This document shows, piece by piece, positions 28,393 to 39,141 of a stretch of 64,000 bases of DNA. Under the pieces are notes generated by a model. It was not told the origin of the DNA, made no database searches, and was given only the letters and a program-made list of their open reading frames with translations. A program made the translations under genes and the position numbers. The first letter of the stretch is position 1. Each line of letters opens with the position of its first letter. Source of the stretch: Escherichia phage VEc20; the sequence record MN022785.1; one strand, given 5' to 3'.

Positions 28393-28956
28393 TTACCATT
28401 CCAATGCTAGTTTTTTGAGTTGTTTCTGTTCTTTTACGTTCTTAGTCACTTCTTTCAAAAAATCATCCGTGACTAAACCTTTTAGTTCTTTTAATACTAA
28501 AGGAAGTTTTCCATTTTTAGTAAGAATTGATTTATAGTTAATTGCATCATTTGTATTAACTTGATACCGCTTAGCAAGTAACTTAATAATCAATACTTCG
28601 GTGGAATCTTCAACCAGTTTTGCCCATTTACCATATCTTTTACCACGAGGAACTGCAGCCATTAGATAATTAAAATGAGCTTCATCACTTAAGCCTGATC
28701 CAATTAAATTCATAGCATATACAGCTGGCATGCACTCTGGAAATTGTGATAATGCATTTTCAACCATGAATTTTGAATAATCTTTTTGGGCAATTGAGCA
28801 TTTAGTTTTATTATTAATAGCTCCAATTATTTCAAAAAATTCATTTTCAGCTTTTTCTTTAAAAGAATCAGCAGCAGATTGGACAGCTGTCCAATCTTTT
28901 GAATACCAAGCAACTTGATGCTCGTTTAATTGAATATCATCTTCAAATAAGCTCAT
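28393..28956 (-). CDS. 62: clamp loader small subunit gp62
   Basis: 187-aa ORF; size and position match. Confidence 0.85.
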   Translation of the reverse strand: MSLFEDDIQLNEHQVAWYSKDWTAVQSAADSFKEKAENEFFEIIGAINNKTKCSIAQKDYSKFMVENALSQFPECMPAVYAMNLIGSGLSDEAHFNYLMAAVPRGKRYGKWAKLVEDSTEVLIIKLLAKRYQVNTNDAINYKSILTKNGKLPLVLKELKGLVTDDFLKEVTKNVKEQKQLKKLALEW

Positions 28957-28957
28957 A

Positions 28958-29917
28958 TCACTTCCACTGCATTTCGCATGCTAATTGAATGAAAAGATAA
29001 GCTAAATGCAATTCAGTATTAGCTGCAATACCATGATACTGATTATTTTCGCCGACAATTTCGTACATACGAATAATACTCTGTGGTGTTACACGTGAAT
29101 AGATTTCTTCGGCAAGTTTACCCACGAACCACGAATAATCGGCTGCATATTTTGGTGCTAAAGCTCTGAGTTGTTTAACATCTTTATTTTTGAGAGACTC
29201 AAGAACATCATCAATAGCACCACGATCGTTAGTAACCAGTGATAAAATACCAGCATCCAAAACACCTTTAGATGAATAACTATCGAGCTCGCCAATAGTT
29301 TTACGAAAATCAGGAAAATTCTTTTTAACCAAAGCTGCTACAACTTTCATATCAGCTATAGCAATACCTTCATGTTTACAGATTTCAGTCAATCGACGAA
29401 TCATCTGCTTCATCATTTCAATTTTATCTTCATCGGTCGGTTGACCGAACGTAATAACTCGGCAGCGTGACTGAAGTGGTTTAATAATACCATCAATATT
29501 GTTAGCAGTAATAATAATACTACAGTTTGAACTATAAGCTTCCATAAAGGAACGAAGATGTCGCTGAGATTCTGCTAAACCTGAGCGGTCAAATTCATCA
29601 ATAACGATTACTTTTTGACGACCATCAAATGAAGCTGCACTCGCAAAATTAGTTAAAGGACCACGAACGAAATCAATTTTACAGTCTGATCCATTTACAA
29701 ACATCATATCAGCATTTACATCATGACACAATGCTTTTGCTACAGTTGTTTTACCTGTTCCTGGAGAAGGAGAATGAAGAATAATATGTGGAATCTTACC
29801 TTTACTTGTAATAGATTTAAAGGTTTCTTTATCAAAGGCGGGAAGAATACATTCATCGATAGTAGATGGACGATATTTCTGTTCAAGAATGTGTTCTTTT
29901 TCATTTACGGTAATCAT
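28958..29917 (-). CDS. 44: clamp loader ATPase gp44
   Basis: Walker A SPGTGKTT; start taken as MITVNEKEH (319 aa) rather than the 5-codon-longer ORF-track start. Confidence 0.9.
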
Positions 29918-29949
29918 AATTTCCTCATTCAAGTTTTAGTGTAAATTAT

Positions 29950-29967
29950 AAAGGGCCGAAGCCCTTT
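29950..29967 (-). terminator. GC stem-loop (aaagggc-cgaa-gcccttt); identical copy at 34660
   Basis: 7-bp stem with 4-nt loop between genes 45 and 44. Confidence 0.45.
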
Positions 29968-29968
29968 A

Positions 29969-30655
29969 TTAAAAATCGTGGGTAGAATCAGCTTCAAGAG
30001 CTACTACATAATTCGCATGTTCACCTTCAAATTTAGCAGCGCCTTGTTTACCTTTTGCCCAAAGCAGAAGTTTATAATTTCCTGGTTGCATTTTCATATT
30101 TGCCATATTGATAATGAAATTAAATGTATTTTCACCATCATAATCACCAAGAGTCAAAGAATATTTAACACGTGTCAAAGCAGAATCTTCTACTTTATTA
30201 AAACCGTTAATTACGATTTTACCTTCTTTTACCGTGATAGCAATTGTATCAATTTGCAGACCACGAGATACACGCAACAGCTGTTGAAGGTCTTCAGCTT
30301 TAATTTCGGTAACAACAGATGCTACCGGGAATGGAATTGGTTTATTAGGAGCAACTACTGTACTCGGATCGGCTGCTGGCCAAAAAATTGTTGAGCGGGC
30401 ATCAGCAATTTTAATATTTCCATCTTCTGACTGGGAAATTTCTGCATCATCATTAACTAGAGACAGAATACCGAGAAAACCGTTCAAATCGTAAATTGCT
30501 ACATCAAAATCAATAACGTCAGAAATATTTGCTTCCGCATAAGTTGTACCATTAACTGCGCGAGTCATAATAAATTGACCTGATTTAAGCATAATACCAG
30601 AGTTAATAGTAGCGAAATTTTTAAGCAGAGCAGTAGTATCTTTAGACAGTTTCAT
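29969..30655 (-). CDS. 45: sliding clamp gp45
   Basis: 228-aa ORF; size and position match. Confidence 0.9.
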   Translation of the reverse strand: MKLSKDTTALLKNFATINSGIMLKSGQFIMTRAVNGTTYAEANISDVIDFDVAIYDLNGFLGILSLVNDDAEISQSEDGNIKIADARSTIFWPAADPSTVVAPNKPIPFPVASVVTEIKAEDLQQLLRVSRGLQIDTIAITVKEGKIVINGFNKVEDSALTRVKYSLTLGDYDGENTFNFIINMANMKMQPGNYKLLLWAKGKQGAAKFEGEHANYVVALEADSTHDF

Positions 30656-30684
30656 GTAATTTCCTTCAATTCAAATGAGATTTA

Positions 30685-30709
30685 ATTTTATAACTAATTA
30701 AATAAAGCA
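30685..30709 (-). promoter_or_regulatory. MotA-dependent middle promoter upstream of gene 45
   Basis: minus strand tTGCTTTA, 12 nt, TAAAAT. Confidence 0.5.
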
Positions 30710-30710
30710 A

Positions 30711-31100
30711 TTAACGATTAAAATCAGCTGCGATTGTTTCGGCAACAATTTGAGCAGCAACAATCAGACGTTCATCTGCATTGCCGCAATATTCATCTTC
30801 AAGGCGTTCACCACATGAAGTCATAATAAATTTAGCACCGGCGTTTAGGGATTCTGTAGTATGTTTGCGCATTAGTTCAATCCATTTATTACTTACTTCA
30901 CGATCGATAGCTTCATAATACGCATGACGAGCAGGTGCAGATTTAATTTTGTTCTGAATAACTTCCATTGCGTTATCAGAAAGAGACAAAACCCATGCTC
31001 GACGAATTTTATTTTGGTTTTGTGGATTTGATTCAGAACGCACGTGTTTTGGCTGAATATCTTTTACATCAACAGTATAATTCACAGTAATTTTAGTCAT
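30711..31100 (-). CDS. rpbA: RNA polymerase-binding protein RpbA
   Basis: 129-aa ORF; size and position match. Confidence 0.75.
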   Translation of the reverse strand: MTKITVNYTVDVKDIQPKHVRSESNPQNQNKIRRAWVLSLSDNAMEVIQNKIKSAPARHAYYEAIDREVSNKWIELMRKHTTESLNAGAKFIMTSCGERLEDEYCGNADERLIVAAQIVAETIAADFNR

Positions 31101-31109
31101 AATACACCT

Positions 31110-31298
31110 TTAGTCATAATAATCAGTAACAGTCCAAGCTTCATTTCTGTTGGACATTATTTTCGTATATTCTGCTTTAAATGCATTCTTAAGCATAGAT
31201 TCAGTAACTATATGCTCTTCATTAGAAAAATTATTTCTCAGAATATATCGTTTTATTTCAGGAATAGTTAATAGATGCTGTCCAGTTGAATATTCCAT
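31110..31298 (-). CDS. hypothetical protein (45.2 position)
   Basis: 62-aa ORF. Confidence 0.55.
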   Translation of the reverse strand: MEYSTGQHLLTIPEIKRYILRNNFSNEEHIVTESMLKNAFKAEYTKIMSNRNEAWTVTDYYD

Positions 31299-31353
31299 GT
31301 TTTTCCTCCATAGAGATTATACTCTAATAAATTAAAGCATAATCTCTTATAAA

Positions 31354-33036
31354 TTAAACCATTACAGTAAATCGACCAACTTTCTTCATTTGAAGATGCT
31401 GACCGTATGCTTGTGGGTCATGGTCTCTATGCGAAATAACAAAAACATTAGTATTTTTTAAACTATCTAAAATAGTTGAAATAGCTTTTACACCTTCAAC
31501 GTCGGTAGCTGAATCAAAAACTTCATCAAGAATTAGTGTGTTTATTTTAACACCTGAAACTTTTTCAGCAATATCACGCCAAGTAAATAAAAGAGCAATA
31601 TCAATTCGTGCTTTTTCACCTTGACTGAATGAAGCATAACTAAAATCTTCACGACCACGGGATTTAATTGTCTCATTAAATTCTTCATCTAATGTAAACA
31701 CATAATCCGCTTCCATTATTTTAAGATAATGGTTAATCTGCTTATTAAATAATGGAATGTACTTTTTAATAATAGCACCTTTAATACCAGAATCTTTGAG
31801 CATATCAGTCAAAATTCCTCGGTGGTATTTTTCCATTACTAAATTAGTTTTTGTCTTAACAATTTTATCAAGTTCTTCTTGAAGCAGTGCTATTTCATCA
31901 GCATGGTCAATAAACTCAGAAGATGCTTTTTCTATAGCCGCTTTAACTTTTTTAGCTTTATCTACCGTCGTGATTAGAGATTGCTTTTTATTGCGAATAT
32001 CATTTGCCAACGACTGCTGGGTTTTAATATTATCTCGGTATTCATCAACAAGAACTTTTAAATTATCACGATGTGTTGAAAGCTGTTCAAACGAATGTGT
32101 GCATTCAGAAACTTTATCTTTAATTTTAGAAACAACTTTATCACCGGAACTTAATTGTGACAAGCAGGTTGGACATAATCCACCTTCGTGATACATATTA
32201 ATGACTTTATTATATGAGTCAATTTTTGATTTAATTAAAACTGCTTCTTGACCGATTTTATTAAATGCATCAGTCGGGTCTTCATCTAAAACAATATTAA
32301 CTAATCTTTCATTAGCTTTTTCTATTTCCGATTTTAGCGTTCTAGCTTCTTTTGCCAAATCATCATACATATTTTGCAGACGAGTAAGATTGTCACCCGT
32401 TAATTTTTTCTGGCGTTCAACGTTATCATTATATATTTTAATTTGTTGGATAATACTATCTTTTTTAACGTCAAGCACTTGGTTTTGTGAATTTAATTCA
32501 CGTATTAGTGCTTTATTAAGCTTATCCATTTCAGCTAATGTTCCTACCTCAAGCAGGTCTTCCACAAGCTTTCTTCGCGCAGGGGTCGACAAACCCATGA
32601 AAGGGGTATACCCTGCTGTACCAAGGACAACAATCTGCTTGAAACTGGCATATGACATTCCGATAAGCTGTTCAAATTCTGCTTGGAAATCTTTACTGCT
32701 GGCAGATTCATTAAGACGTGTACCGTTAACGGTGATTTCAAAAACGTTCGGTTTTTGTCCTCTTTTGATATAGTACTTTTTCTCATCATATTCCATCCAC
32801 AGTTCAACTAAAAGTTCTTTCTTATTTGTGCTGTTTATTAATTGGCCTTTCTTTACATCACGAAATGGCTTGCCAAAAAGCCCAAATGTGATGGCTTCTA
32901 ACATAGTAGACTTACCACCGCCATTTCGTCCAGTAATAAGAGTTTTTTGAACCTTATCTAATTGAATGTCAATAGGATTTCCACCTACTGACATTATATT
33001 TTGATACCTAACTCGGTTTAGTTTAAAATTCTTCAC
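31354..33036 (-). CDS. 46: recombination nuclease subunit gp46 (Rad50/SbcC-like ATPase)
   Basis: 560-aa ORF; Walker A GRNGGGKST, central coiled coil, C-terminal signature region. Confidence 0.9.
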   Translation of the reverse strand: MKNFKLNRVRYQNIMSVGGNPIDIQLDKVQKTLITGRNGGGKSTMLEAITFGLFGKPFRDVKKGQLINSTNKKELLVELWMEYDEKKYYIKRGQKPNVFEITVNGTRLNESASSKDFQAEFEQLIGMSYASFKQIVVLGTAGYTPFMGLSTPARRKLVEDLLEVGTLAEMDKLNKALIRELNSQNQVLDVKKDSIIQQIKIYNDNVERQKKLTGDNLTRLQNMYDDLAKEARTLKSEIEKANERLVNIVLDEDPTDAFNKIGQEAVLIKSKIDSYNKVINMYHEGGLCPTCLSQLSSGDKVVSKIKDKVSECTHSFEQLSTHRDNLKVLVDEYRDNIKTQQSLANDIRNKKQSLITTVDKAKKVKAAIEKASSEFIDHADEIALLQEELDKIVKTKTNLVMEKYHRGILTDMLKDSGIKGAIIKKYIPLFNKQINHYLKIMEADYVFTLDEEFNETIKSRGREDFSYASFSQGEKARIDIALLFTWRDIAEKVSGVKINTLILDEVFDSATDVEGVKAISTILDSLKNTNVFVISHRDHDPQAYGQHLQMKKVGRFTVMV

Positions 33037-33296
33037 AAAAGATTCCTTTTAATGTATCTTTTAGACCATTCTATCATATCATCATAATCTAAAAAGTATT
33101 CATCAAATTCAGCCATGCAAACAACGCCTTGTGCTGTTTTTGATGTAATATAAATTATTCCAACATATCTAGAATCTTCTTCGGTATAATCAATGTTTGC
33201 TATGAATTCATCATTAATGTCAAATGTCGAAAACTTCACAGTATGCATCCTTAATACAAGATACGGCCATATCTCGTAATGACTTAGGTGTGTCAT
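33033..33296 (-). CDS. hypothetical protein (46.1 position); start uncertain
   Basis: 87-aa ORF; overlaps next ORF by 77 nt. Confidence 0.4.
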   Translation of the reverse strand: MTHLSHYEIWPYLVLRMHTVKFSTFDINDEFIANIDYTEEDSRYVGIIYITSKTAQGVVCMAEFDEYFLDYDDMIEWSKRYIKRNLL

Positions 33297-33483
33297 TATC
33301 TAAAATGTTGAAGTTAAAGGACACAGCCCAGTCAGTGCAGACCGTAACCTTTTTAATACAATTATCTTCAACCTCTAGCGGTTCAAACCAATATTCAATA
33401 ATTTCTTTATGCCCAATATCATCTTTTACTTCGCATTCAAAATGCTGACTCATCATAACATTTTTAAATTCATCAAAAGTCAT
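33220..33483 (-). CDS. hypothetical protein (46.2 position)
   Basis: 87-aa ORF. Confidence 0.45.
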   Translation of the reverse strand: MTFDEFKNVMMSQHFECEVKDDIGHKEIIEYWFEPLEVEDNCIKKVTVCTDWAVSFNFNILDNDTPKSLRDMAVSCIKDAYCEVFDI

Positions 33484-34499
33484 TGTGTTGCCTCTACATA
33501 TAGCTGATTTGCATATTGAATAAGTGCTTCACGGTCAGAATCGGTGATGTCTGGAATTGCATTAATGTATTCTTCCATCAATGTCTGAAGCGATTGAACT
33601 TCAACTTCTTCACTGTCATCTGACTCGACAGAGTTATCAATCTTTGACACAACTCGTAATGAATGCACAACTTTCTCTAGTTCAGATTCGAACTTCGTCA
33701 GATTTTTGTCTACTTCAGTTACTATAACACGTACTGATAGATTTGTAAAATCTTTATAGTCAATTTTTCCTTTAAATGGATAATGAATTCTACGATGCCA
33801 GGTAGTATTATTTGGAATAAATTCCATTCGTTCTGTTTCTGTATCAAACATCCAGAACCCACGAGGGTCATTCTCGTCACCTGCTGTTAGTGTCCATGGT
33901 GTCCCAATATATCTGACGTTAGCAGCCTCAGAAATAGTATGGAAGTGACCAGACCACACTTCTTTATAAGTCTTAAGGAAATCAGGTTCAAGACCATGAG
34001 ATTTCATTCCTTTATAAAAATAAAATCCATTCAGTTCCCAGTGACCAACACAAAAAGAAGCAGATGAAGTTTTGATATGCTCAAGAATTTCACCAGTATT
34101 TTCTTCACACATCCAAGGAATTAAATCAATTAAACATCCGTCAAAATCTACTGTAGTAGGCTTATCATATACTTTAACATTAGGATATTTAGCCAAAAGC
34201 TCAGTAGAGGCATTTGGATGCATTACATTTTTATAGTGGAGATCGTGATTTCCTACAATAGTATGTAATGTGATTCCAGCACCATCAAGCATTTGAACTA
34301 TTTCACGGGCAAACTCCATAGTTTTATGCGTGATTGCTTTTCGCACATCAAAAATATCACCATATTGAATCCATACAGTAATTCCATTTTTCTTAGAATA
34401 TTCTATCGCTTGCTTAATTCCATCAATTTGAATACCGCGAATCCACTCATCATCAGCTTTAACGCCTAAATGCCAATCACCTAAATTTAAAATTTTCAT
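33480..34499 (-). CDS. 47: recombination nuclease subunit gp47 (Mre11/SbcD-like phosphoesterase)
   Basis: 339-aa ORF; metallophosphoesterase motifs (GDWH, GNHD). Confidence 0.9.
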   Translation of the reverse strand: MKILNLGDWHLGVKADDEWIRGIQIDGIKQAIEYSKKNGITVWIQYGDIFDVRKAITHKTMEFAREIVQMLDGAGITLHTIVGNHDLHYKNVMHPNASTELLAKYPNVKVYDKPTTVDFDGCLIDLIPWMCEENTGEILEHIKTSSASFCVGHWELNGFYFYKGMKSHGLEPDFLKTYKEVWSGHFHTISEAANVRYIGTPWTLTAGDENDPRGFWMFDTETERMEFIPNNTTWHRRIHYPFKGKIDYKDFTNLSVRVIVTEVDKNLTKFESELEKVVHSLRVVSKIDNSVESDDSEEVEVQSLQTLMEEYINAIPDITDSDREALIQYANQLYVEATQ

Positions 34500-34636
34500 A
34501 TATCAAGAACCGTCATTGAAATGCAAAATAAAATTATTGAAATAAACCCATCTGGTGTGCTAAAGAAACCAATCCAGCATGCTCTAGTGAATAGATAAAA
34601 TGCAAGAAAAAGTATCACATATCCAAGAAATATCAT
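34496..34636 (-). CDS. small membrane protein (46 aa)
   Basis: hand-translated MIFLGYVILFLAFYLF...; stop overlaps gene 47 ATG. Confidence 0.3.
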   Translation of the reverse strand: MIFLGYVILFLAFYLFTRACWIGFFSTPDGFISIILFCISMTVLDI

Positions 34637-34659
34637 TATATCAAACTCCGTATAAAGCT

Positions 34660-34677
34660 AAAGGGCCGAAGCCCTTT
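34660..34677 (-). terminator. GC stem-loop, same sequence as 29950..29967
   Basis: aaagggccgaagccctttatt repeated exactly. Confidence 0.45.
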
Positions 34678-35878
34678 ATTTTGTAATAATGTCAAACTGT
34701 TCTTTAAAGCAGAAGCTTGAATCTTGATGCTGATACAAAAATTCATATGCTTTTTCTCGCTCACGGTCATAAAGAGCTCGGTCAGATGACAGTTCTTTAA
34801 TACGTTCAAACGTTGATTCCATATCATTTTCATCAAACCAAATGATACCGCTATCATGCGAGGTCAAAGGAGTATTATCAACACGGAATTTTAAATTTTC
34901 GCCAGTAGATTTCCAAAATACCGGAATTGTTCCACATGCACCAAGCTCGAGATGAGTATATTCTAAAGAACGTTGCAGATATTTTTTATCCAACTTACTC
35001 AACTGATAACCAAATCCGGATTTACTCATGCGTTCAAGCATTTCGCTATTTACATAACGGTCAAGAATTTGCGTTGGCAAATTAGGAGCAATTTTAATTT
35101 GGTCTACTTGATGAAGACGATAATACTCGTATGGAATTCCTTTTTCTTTAATAGGAATGAACGCTGGAGAACGTTCCAGACCTTCCATAATAGTACTTAG
35201 TCCTGCAGGTTTAAGATGTTTTTCATGAAAATCAAACATCTGATAAAAACCTTTCCATGTAGTCGTACGACCAATCCAACGGTTGATATTCATGTTAATT
35301 TCAGAAACATCTTTCCAGTAGGTTGACCGAACCTTCGCAATATCCATAGGAGGCTGAAAGTTATATACTGTCGGTGCTTCTTCAATATCATCAAACAGAG
35401 AAACAGTTTCTGGATACCATTCTTTCATCAGAACTTTATTAAAATCACCATTATCAGAATGACTAAAAATAACATCAGCTCGACGAACAGTTTCTTCTAA
35501 TCCCAAATTTCGACGCAAAGAAAGAGAAGAATGGTCATGTTGATAAACTACAACACGAACAGAAGGTTTAATGTTATCAATAATTTTTTTATAGTTATTA
35601 ATAGTGTCTTCTTCAACTGAAGTAGCAGGAACTGAATTGATAATTAGAATATCACAATCATTTACCAGCTTAAGTGTTTTATCGTATTCTTTTGCCAATA
35701 AAACCGGAATTGAAAATGATTTATAATCATGCGCACAGTTACGAGTAAATGATTTATCTTTGGCATAAACCAAAGTTACTTCATGACCATTTTTAATAAA
35801 CCAATCACGTTGCTCAAGTGAGAATTTTGTTACACCACAACCTTCAAGACCTCGAGCCATAAAAATACATACTTTCAT
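34676..35878 (-). CDS. agt: DNA alpha-glucosyltransferase
   Basis: 400-aa ORF; length and position match T4 alpha-gt. Confidence 0.85.
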   Translation of the reverse strand: MKVCIFMARGLEGCGVTKFSLEQRDWFIKNGHEVTLVYAKDKSFTRNCAHDYKSFSIPVLLAKEYDKTLKLVNDCDILIINSVPATSVEEDTINNYKKIIDNIKPSVRVVVYQHDHSSLSLRRNLGLEETVRRADVIFSHSDNGDFNKVLMKEWYPETVSLFDDIEEAPTVYNFQPPMDIAKVRSTYWKDVSEINMNINRWIGRTTTWKGFYQMFDFHEKHLKPAGLSTIMEGLERSPAFIPIKEKGIPYEYYRLHQVDQIKIAPNLPTQILDRYVNSEMLERMSKSGFGYQLSKLDKKYLQRSLEYTHLELGACGTIPVFWKSTGENLKFRVDNTPLTSHDSGIIWFDENDMESTFERIKELSSDRALYDREREKAYEFLYQHQDSSFCFKEQFDIITK

Positions 35879-35901
35879 TTAATATCCTCTTTGTTTTGGT
35901 T

Positions 35902-35929
35902 TATTTTACCAAAAATTTATAAAGCAATA
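35902..35929 (-). promoter_or_regulatory. MotA-dependent middle promoter upstream of agt
   Basis: minus strand TGCTTTA, 11 nt, TAAAAT. Confidence 0.45.
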
Positions 35930-35948
35930 TAGGAGCCGAAGCTCCTAT
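35929..35948 (-). terminator. GC stem-loop (aggagc-cgaa-gctcct)
   Basis: perfect stem, UUCG-type loop. Confidence 0.4.
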
Positions 35949-36136
35949 CCACATAATACGCCATACAGAGGCTCGTTAGAACTTTTAAATTTTATGCGCT
36001 TATATTTTATAGTTCCTTCTGCTTTAGCTTTATCATGAGACTCTTTAAAGCGTCTCATCATTTCCTCTTGAGAGGAACGAATTTTATTATAATCTATTTC
36101 AGAAGTCTGGTGTTCATCTTTCATAACTGCCACCAT
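35945..36136 (-). CDS. hypothetical protein
   Basis: 63-aa ORF. Confidence 0.45.
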   Translation of the reverse strand: MVAVMKDEHQTSEIDYNKIRSSQEEMMRRFKESHDKAKAEGTIKYKRIKFKSSNEPLYGVLCG

Positions 36137-36327
36137 TTTTTGACTTGATAAGAATCAACCCACACTTTCATATTGGGGTCTGCTCTTACAATAGGAGGAT
36201 TAACTTCTTTAATTGAACTATCATGGTATTCTTTTTCAGAAATTTTCACACAAAGATGACCATTCAAAGATTCAGTAAATCCTGCATTAATTTTAAGACG
36301 CTTGAATTTTACGTGTGTAAGCATCAA
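36121..36327 (-). CDS. hypothetical protein
   Basis: 68-aa ORF. Confidence 0.45.
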   Translation of the reverse strand: MMLTHVKFKRLKINAGFTESLNGHLCVKISEKEYHDSSIKEVNPPIVRADPNMKVWVDSYQVKKWWQL

Positions 36328-36610
36328 TCATATCCTCAATCTGCGATCTAGTAGTCTTCCAAAGAATACTGATGAGTTCATCGTTATATGGCTGTTTCAG
36401 AATATCCCGACTTTTCTTGATAGCATATTCGTATTGAGCAAAATTATTGTTTTCAGCTGCGATCTGAGCGTGCTTATAAAGACGATTCAGTTCGCGTTTG
36501 TTTTTAGACAATAACTTATTTGCTTTTCTTTCTGCTTCAAGACGGTTCTTTTCTTCAATAGAAGAAATAAGCTTTTCCACTTCATCATTAATTTCGGGTT
36601 TATCAGTCAT
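36293..36610 (-). CDS. hypothetical protein
   Basis: 105-aa ORF. Confidence 0.5.
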   Translation of the reverse strand: MTDKPEINDEVEKLISSIEEKNRLEAERKANKLLSKNKRELNRLYKHAQIAAENNNFAQYEYAIKKSRDILKQPYNDELISILWKTTRSQIEDMIDAYTRKIQAS

Positions 36611-36611
36611 A

Positions 36612-36830
36612 TTATTTCTCTAATATAAAATAAAAATCATCATCTGTTAAATGATACCTGTAATTTAATTCTACACCATTAGATTTAAAAGCGGTATCAT
36701 ACGGATTTTCTGGATCAATATCAATGTCAAGAGCTAAAACTTCCCTGAGATACATTTTAAGTAAATAGGGAATAGCTTCAACTTCAGGTATTTCTTCCAA
36801 GAATCCGGAGAGGTTAATCGTTAGCCTCAT
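36612..36830 (-). CDS. hypothetical protein
   Basis: 72-aa ORF. Confidence 0.5.
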
Positions 36831-37371
36831 ATAAAAAATCCAAACTAGGAGAATCGTCTACAACACTTTTCTTTTCAGCCCCCGGTGTTCTATAGGTTGA
36901 TTCTTCGTAATGCGTCATTTTATCGTAGATGTCTTGAATAAAAGTTTCATCTACTAACGCAACCATATCGTCGTCACGACTGTCATAGACATTGTGAACG
37001 AAGTAACTGTATTTCTTTGCAACTTCCTTACGTTCTTTTTTAATACGTTGGACGAATGCATTAAAACAAGCTTGAGTTATATATGCATGCGGGTTTTTAT
37101 ATTTCGTTTCATCAAAATTGTGAAGCCCCTTAATAGAAGCTTCTATACCATCTGCAATCATTTCTTGTTTCCAAGACTGGGTGTATCCTGAAAAGTTGAA
37201 ACGTTTAGATAAGCCTTCTGCAATAAGCATAATGGCTAATCCGATAGTATCATTCTGACGAACTACTTTATTTGGGTCTTTATTATTTGCTAATTCTGTT
37301 TTCCAATCAATAATAGCTTGTAAAAGCTCTTTATTGTTTACGTAATTATATTTAGGCTTAGTTTCTGACAT
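36814..37371 (-). CDS. 55: late-transcription sigma factor gp55
   Basis: start taken as [13 protein letters not shown] (185 aa); recognisable as T4 gp55. Confidence 0.9.
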
Positions 37372-37449
37372 TTTCACCTCTTAGCTCAATTCATAGATCT
37401 ATTATATCATAATATTTGAAGATCTATCTTAAAGCATAGAGGATATCAG

Positions 37450-37719
37450 TTATCTAAGTAAACAGTATGCTTGGAACACTTTTTCCATCATCTTTTTAAA
37501 TTCATGAATATCTATGTAATGACTAGTTAAATCAGCATGATATAAAAAGTCTAAAAACTTTTCATGTGTACTAACATATTCACTTTCATTTAATTCAGAA
37601 ACATGGCTTTCCCAATATCCAACACCAGTCTTATTTGGGAAAAATGAAATTTTCATGTATTTGTCAACATAGAAAATGCCATAATTTTCAATAGTAATAG
37701 AAATATTAATAAATTTCAT
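37450..37719 (-). CDS. hypothetical protein
   Basis: 89-aa ORF. Confidence 0.5.
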   Translation of the reverse strand: MKFINISITIENYGIFYVDKYMKISFFPNKTGVGYWESHVSELNESEYVSTHEKFLDFLYHADLTSHYIDIHEFKKMMEKVFQAYCLLR

Positions 37720-37931
37720 ACATTCATCAACTTAGCCGCTTCAAGAGCTGCATCTAGTGAATCAAATTGATCAACATATTCAATCAATTCGCCGTAATTA
37801 GCATATAGCCACCATTGGCTAAATTCATACTCAAGGATGAATCCGTTTCCTTCAATTTGAGTTAAACCAATGCCATTTGTATTTACTTCATACCCAGCAA
37901 GACGTAAATCGTTAATAAGAGCTTCGTTCAT
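37716..37931 (-). CDS. hypothetical protein
   Basis: 71-aa ORF. Confidence 0.5.
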   Translation of the reverse strand: MNEALINDLRLAGYEVNTNGIGLTQIEGNGFILEYEFSQWWLYANYGELIEYVDQFDSLDAALEAAKLMNV

Positions 37932-37933
37932 AA

Positions 37934-38260
37934 TTATACCTTAGTAATTTTCAGGTCTGCAAATTTTTTCTTGCGTTGATTTTTCATGCGACGAATAGTT
38001 TTATCGGAAATTTCATGCTTTTGATAAGCTTTAGATTCTACACCAAAAGCTTTAACATCAAATTCTGACAAGATATATTGAACCAACAATTCACGGACAG
38101 TATTGCGTCCAATCTTCTGATCATTCTGTTTCATCGTCTGATGAAGCTCTTTTTCCCATTTATCCAAAATTTGAGGAGTTACAATATCGCCTTTTTCTAG
38201 CAAAGAAACTACTTTATCATATGCGTAAGAATTAATGACGTTTTTAATTTGAATAGTCAT
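37934..38260 (-). CDS. hypothetical protein
   Basis: 108-aa ORF. Confidence 0.5.
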   Translation of the reverse strand: MTIQIKNVINSYAYDKVVSLLEKGDIVTPQILDKWEKELHQTMKQNDQKIGRNTVRELLVQYILSEFDVKAFGVESKAYQKHEISDKTIRRMKNQRKKKFADLKITKV

Positions 38261-38298
38261 ACATTATCCTCAATTACGTTAAAATTTTATTATCCAAA

Positions 38299-38314
38299 AA
38301 GGGCCGAAGCCCTT
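38299..38314 (-). terminator. GC stem-loop (aagggc-cgaa-gccctt)
   Basis: perfect stem, UUCG-type loop. Confidence 0.4.
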
Positions 38315-38513
38315 AGCTAAACTTTTTGGCACCCTTCCAGCCTTCGTACATCATTGCGACTGACAATGACAAAGCTCCTTCACATGCTGCATACTTATTA
38401 TTCCAGAACCAATTTAGAAAAACTTCATCCTCAATACCATTGTGTTTCATGTTCTGGAAAAATTTGGCGCGTTCTTCAGCAATTCGCTGCGATAATTTAG
38501 ATTCAGGATTCAT
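38313..38513 (-). CDS. hypothetical protein
   Basis: 66-aa ORF. Confidence 0.5.
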   Translation of the reverse strand: MNPESKLSQRIAEERAKFFQNMKHNGIEDEVFLNWFWNNKYAACEGALSLSVAMMYEGWKGAKKFS

Positions 38514-38645
38514 TTAAATTTCCCAATTACCATTTTCATCAATAAATTTAATCCAGTCATTTACTGACCACTTAGTTGTATCGCCTTTTGGAGTAACATT
38601 TAAAGTATATAACCCCTGCTTAAAAAGCATTCGTTTGATATTCAT
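38514..38645 (-). CDS. hypothetical small protein (43 aa)
   Basis: ORF track 38514..38729 trimmed to ATG 38645 with GAGGAAAAT RBS. Confidence 0.4.
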   Translation of the reverse strand: MNIKRMLFKQGLYTLNVTPKGDTTKWSVNDWIKFIDENGNWEI

Positions 38646-38652
38646 ATTTTCC

Positions 38653-38946
38653 TCAGCTATAACGATAACACTCGTTTGATTTACGTTTAGCAACTCGTTG
38701 AGAAGTATTGTAATCAAAATCATCGTCAATGTAAACTGATTTTTTCAACTTTCTTACTTCACCACGTAATTGGCGATTTAGCTCATCTTTAACTTCTGAA
38801 TCGATGCCTTTCATTCTACGCCATTTATCAGAGCGAAAAATGTTTTCAACCATATCTTTATGACTTACACCATCAGGAGCTTTACGCTTTCCGAAATAGT
38901 CATAATCACGAACTTTCAAGTCTTTACGACGATACGTTTTACCCAT
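38653..38946 (-). CDS. hypothetical basic protein
   Basis: ORF-track start is GTG at 38991; ATG at 38946 with AAGGA RBS preferred. Confidence 0.45.
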   Translation of the reverse strand: MGKTYRRKDLKVRDYDYFGKRKAPDGVSHKDMVENIFRSDKWRRMKGIDSEVKDELNRQLRGEVRKLKKSVYIDDDFDYNTSQRVAKRKSNECYRYS

Positions 38947-39115
38947 GGAGTTTAATTTCCTTAGCAACTGAACTAAATACAGCACGATCACAAATCAAGC
39001 GTTTATTCCATTTAAGTAAAGTATAGTGAACCTCAAAATCATCTACTGCTGTAACAATAACGATATGTCCATTAACACGATAATACTGATCTCTTTTAAT
39101 CTCTTTATTAACCAT
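38939..39115 (-). CDS. hypothetical small protein (58 aa)
   Basis: hand-translated MVNKEIKRDQYYRVNGHIVIVTAVDD...; GAGGA RBS; downstream of promoter 39142..39175. Confidence 0.4.
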   Translation of the reverse strand: MVNKEIKRDQYYRVNGHIVIVTAVDDFEVHYTLLKWNKRLICDRAVFSSVAKEIKLHG

Positions 39116-39141
39116 ATCAAATCCTCAAAGGTAATTCATGT

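Noticed and set aside
34636-34857. 73-aa ORF overlapping the alpha-gt 3' end
   Set aside because: Overlaps agt out of frame; the short ORF 34496..34636 explains the gap better.
37391-37440. Middle promoter upstream of gene 55
   Set aside because: A TGCTTTA box is present but no TAnnnT lies 11-13 nt downstream.
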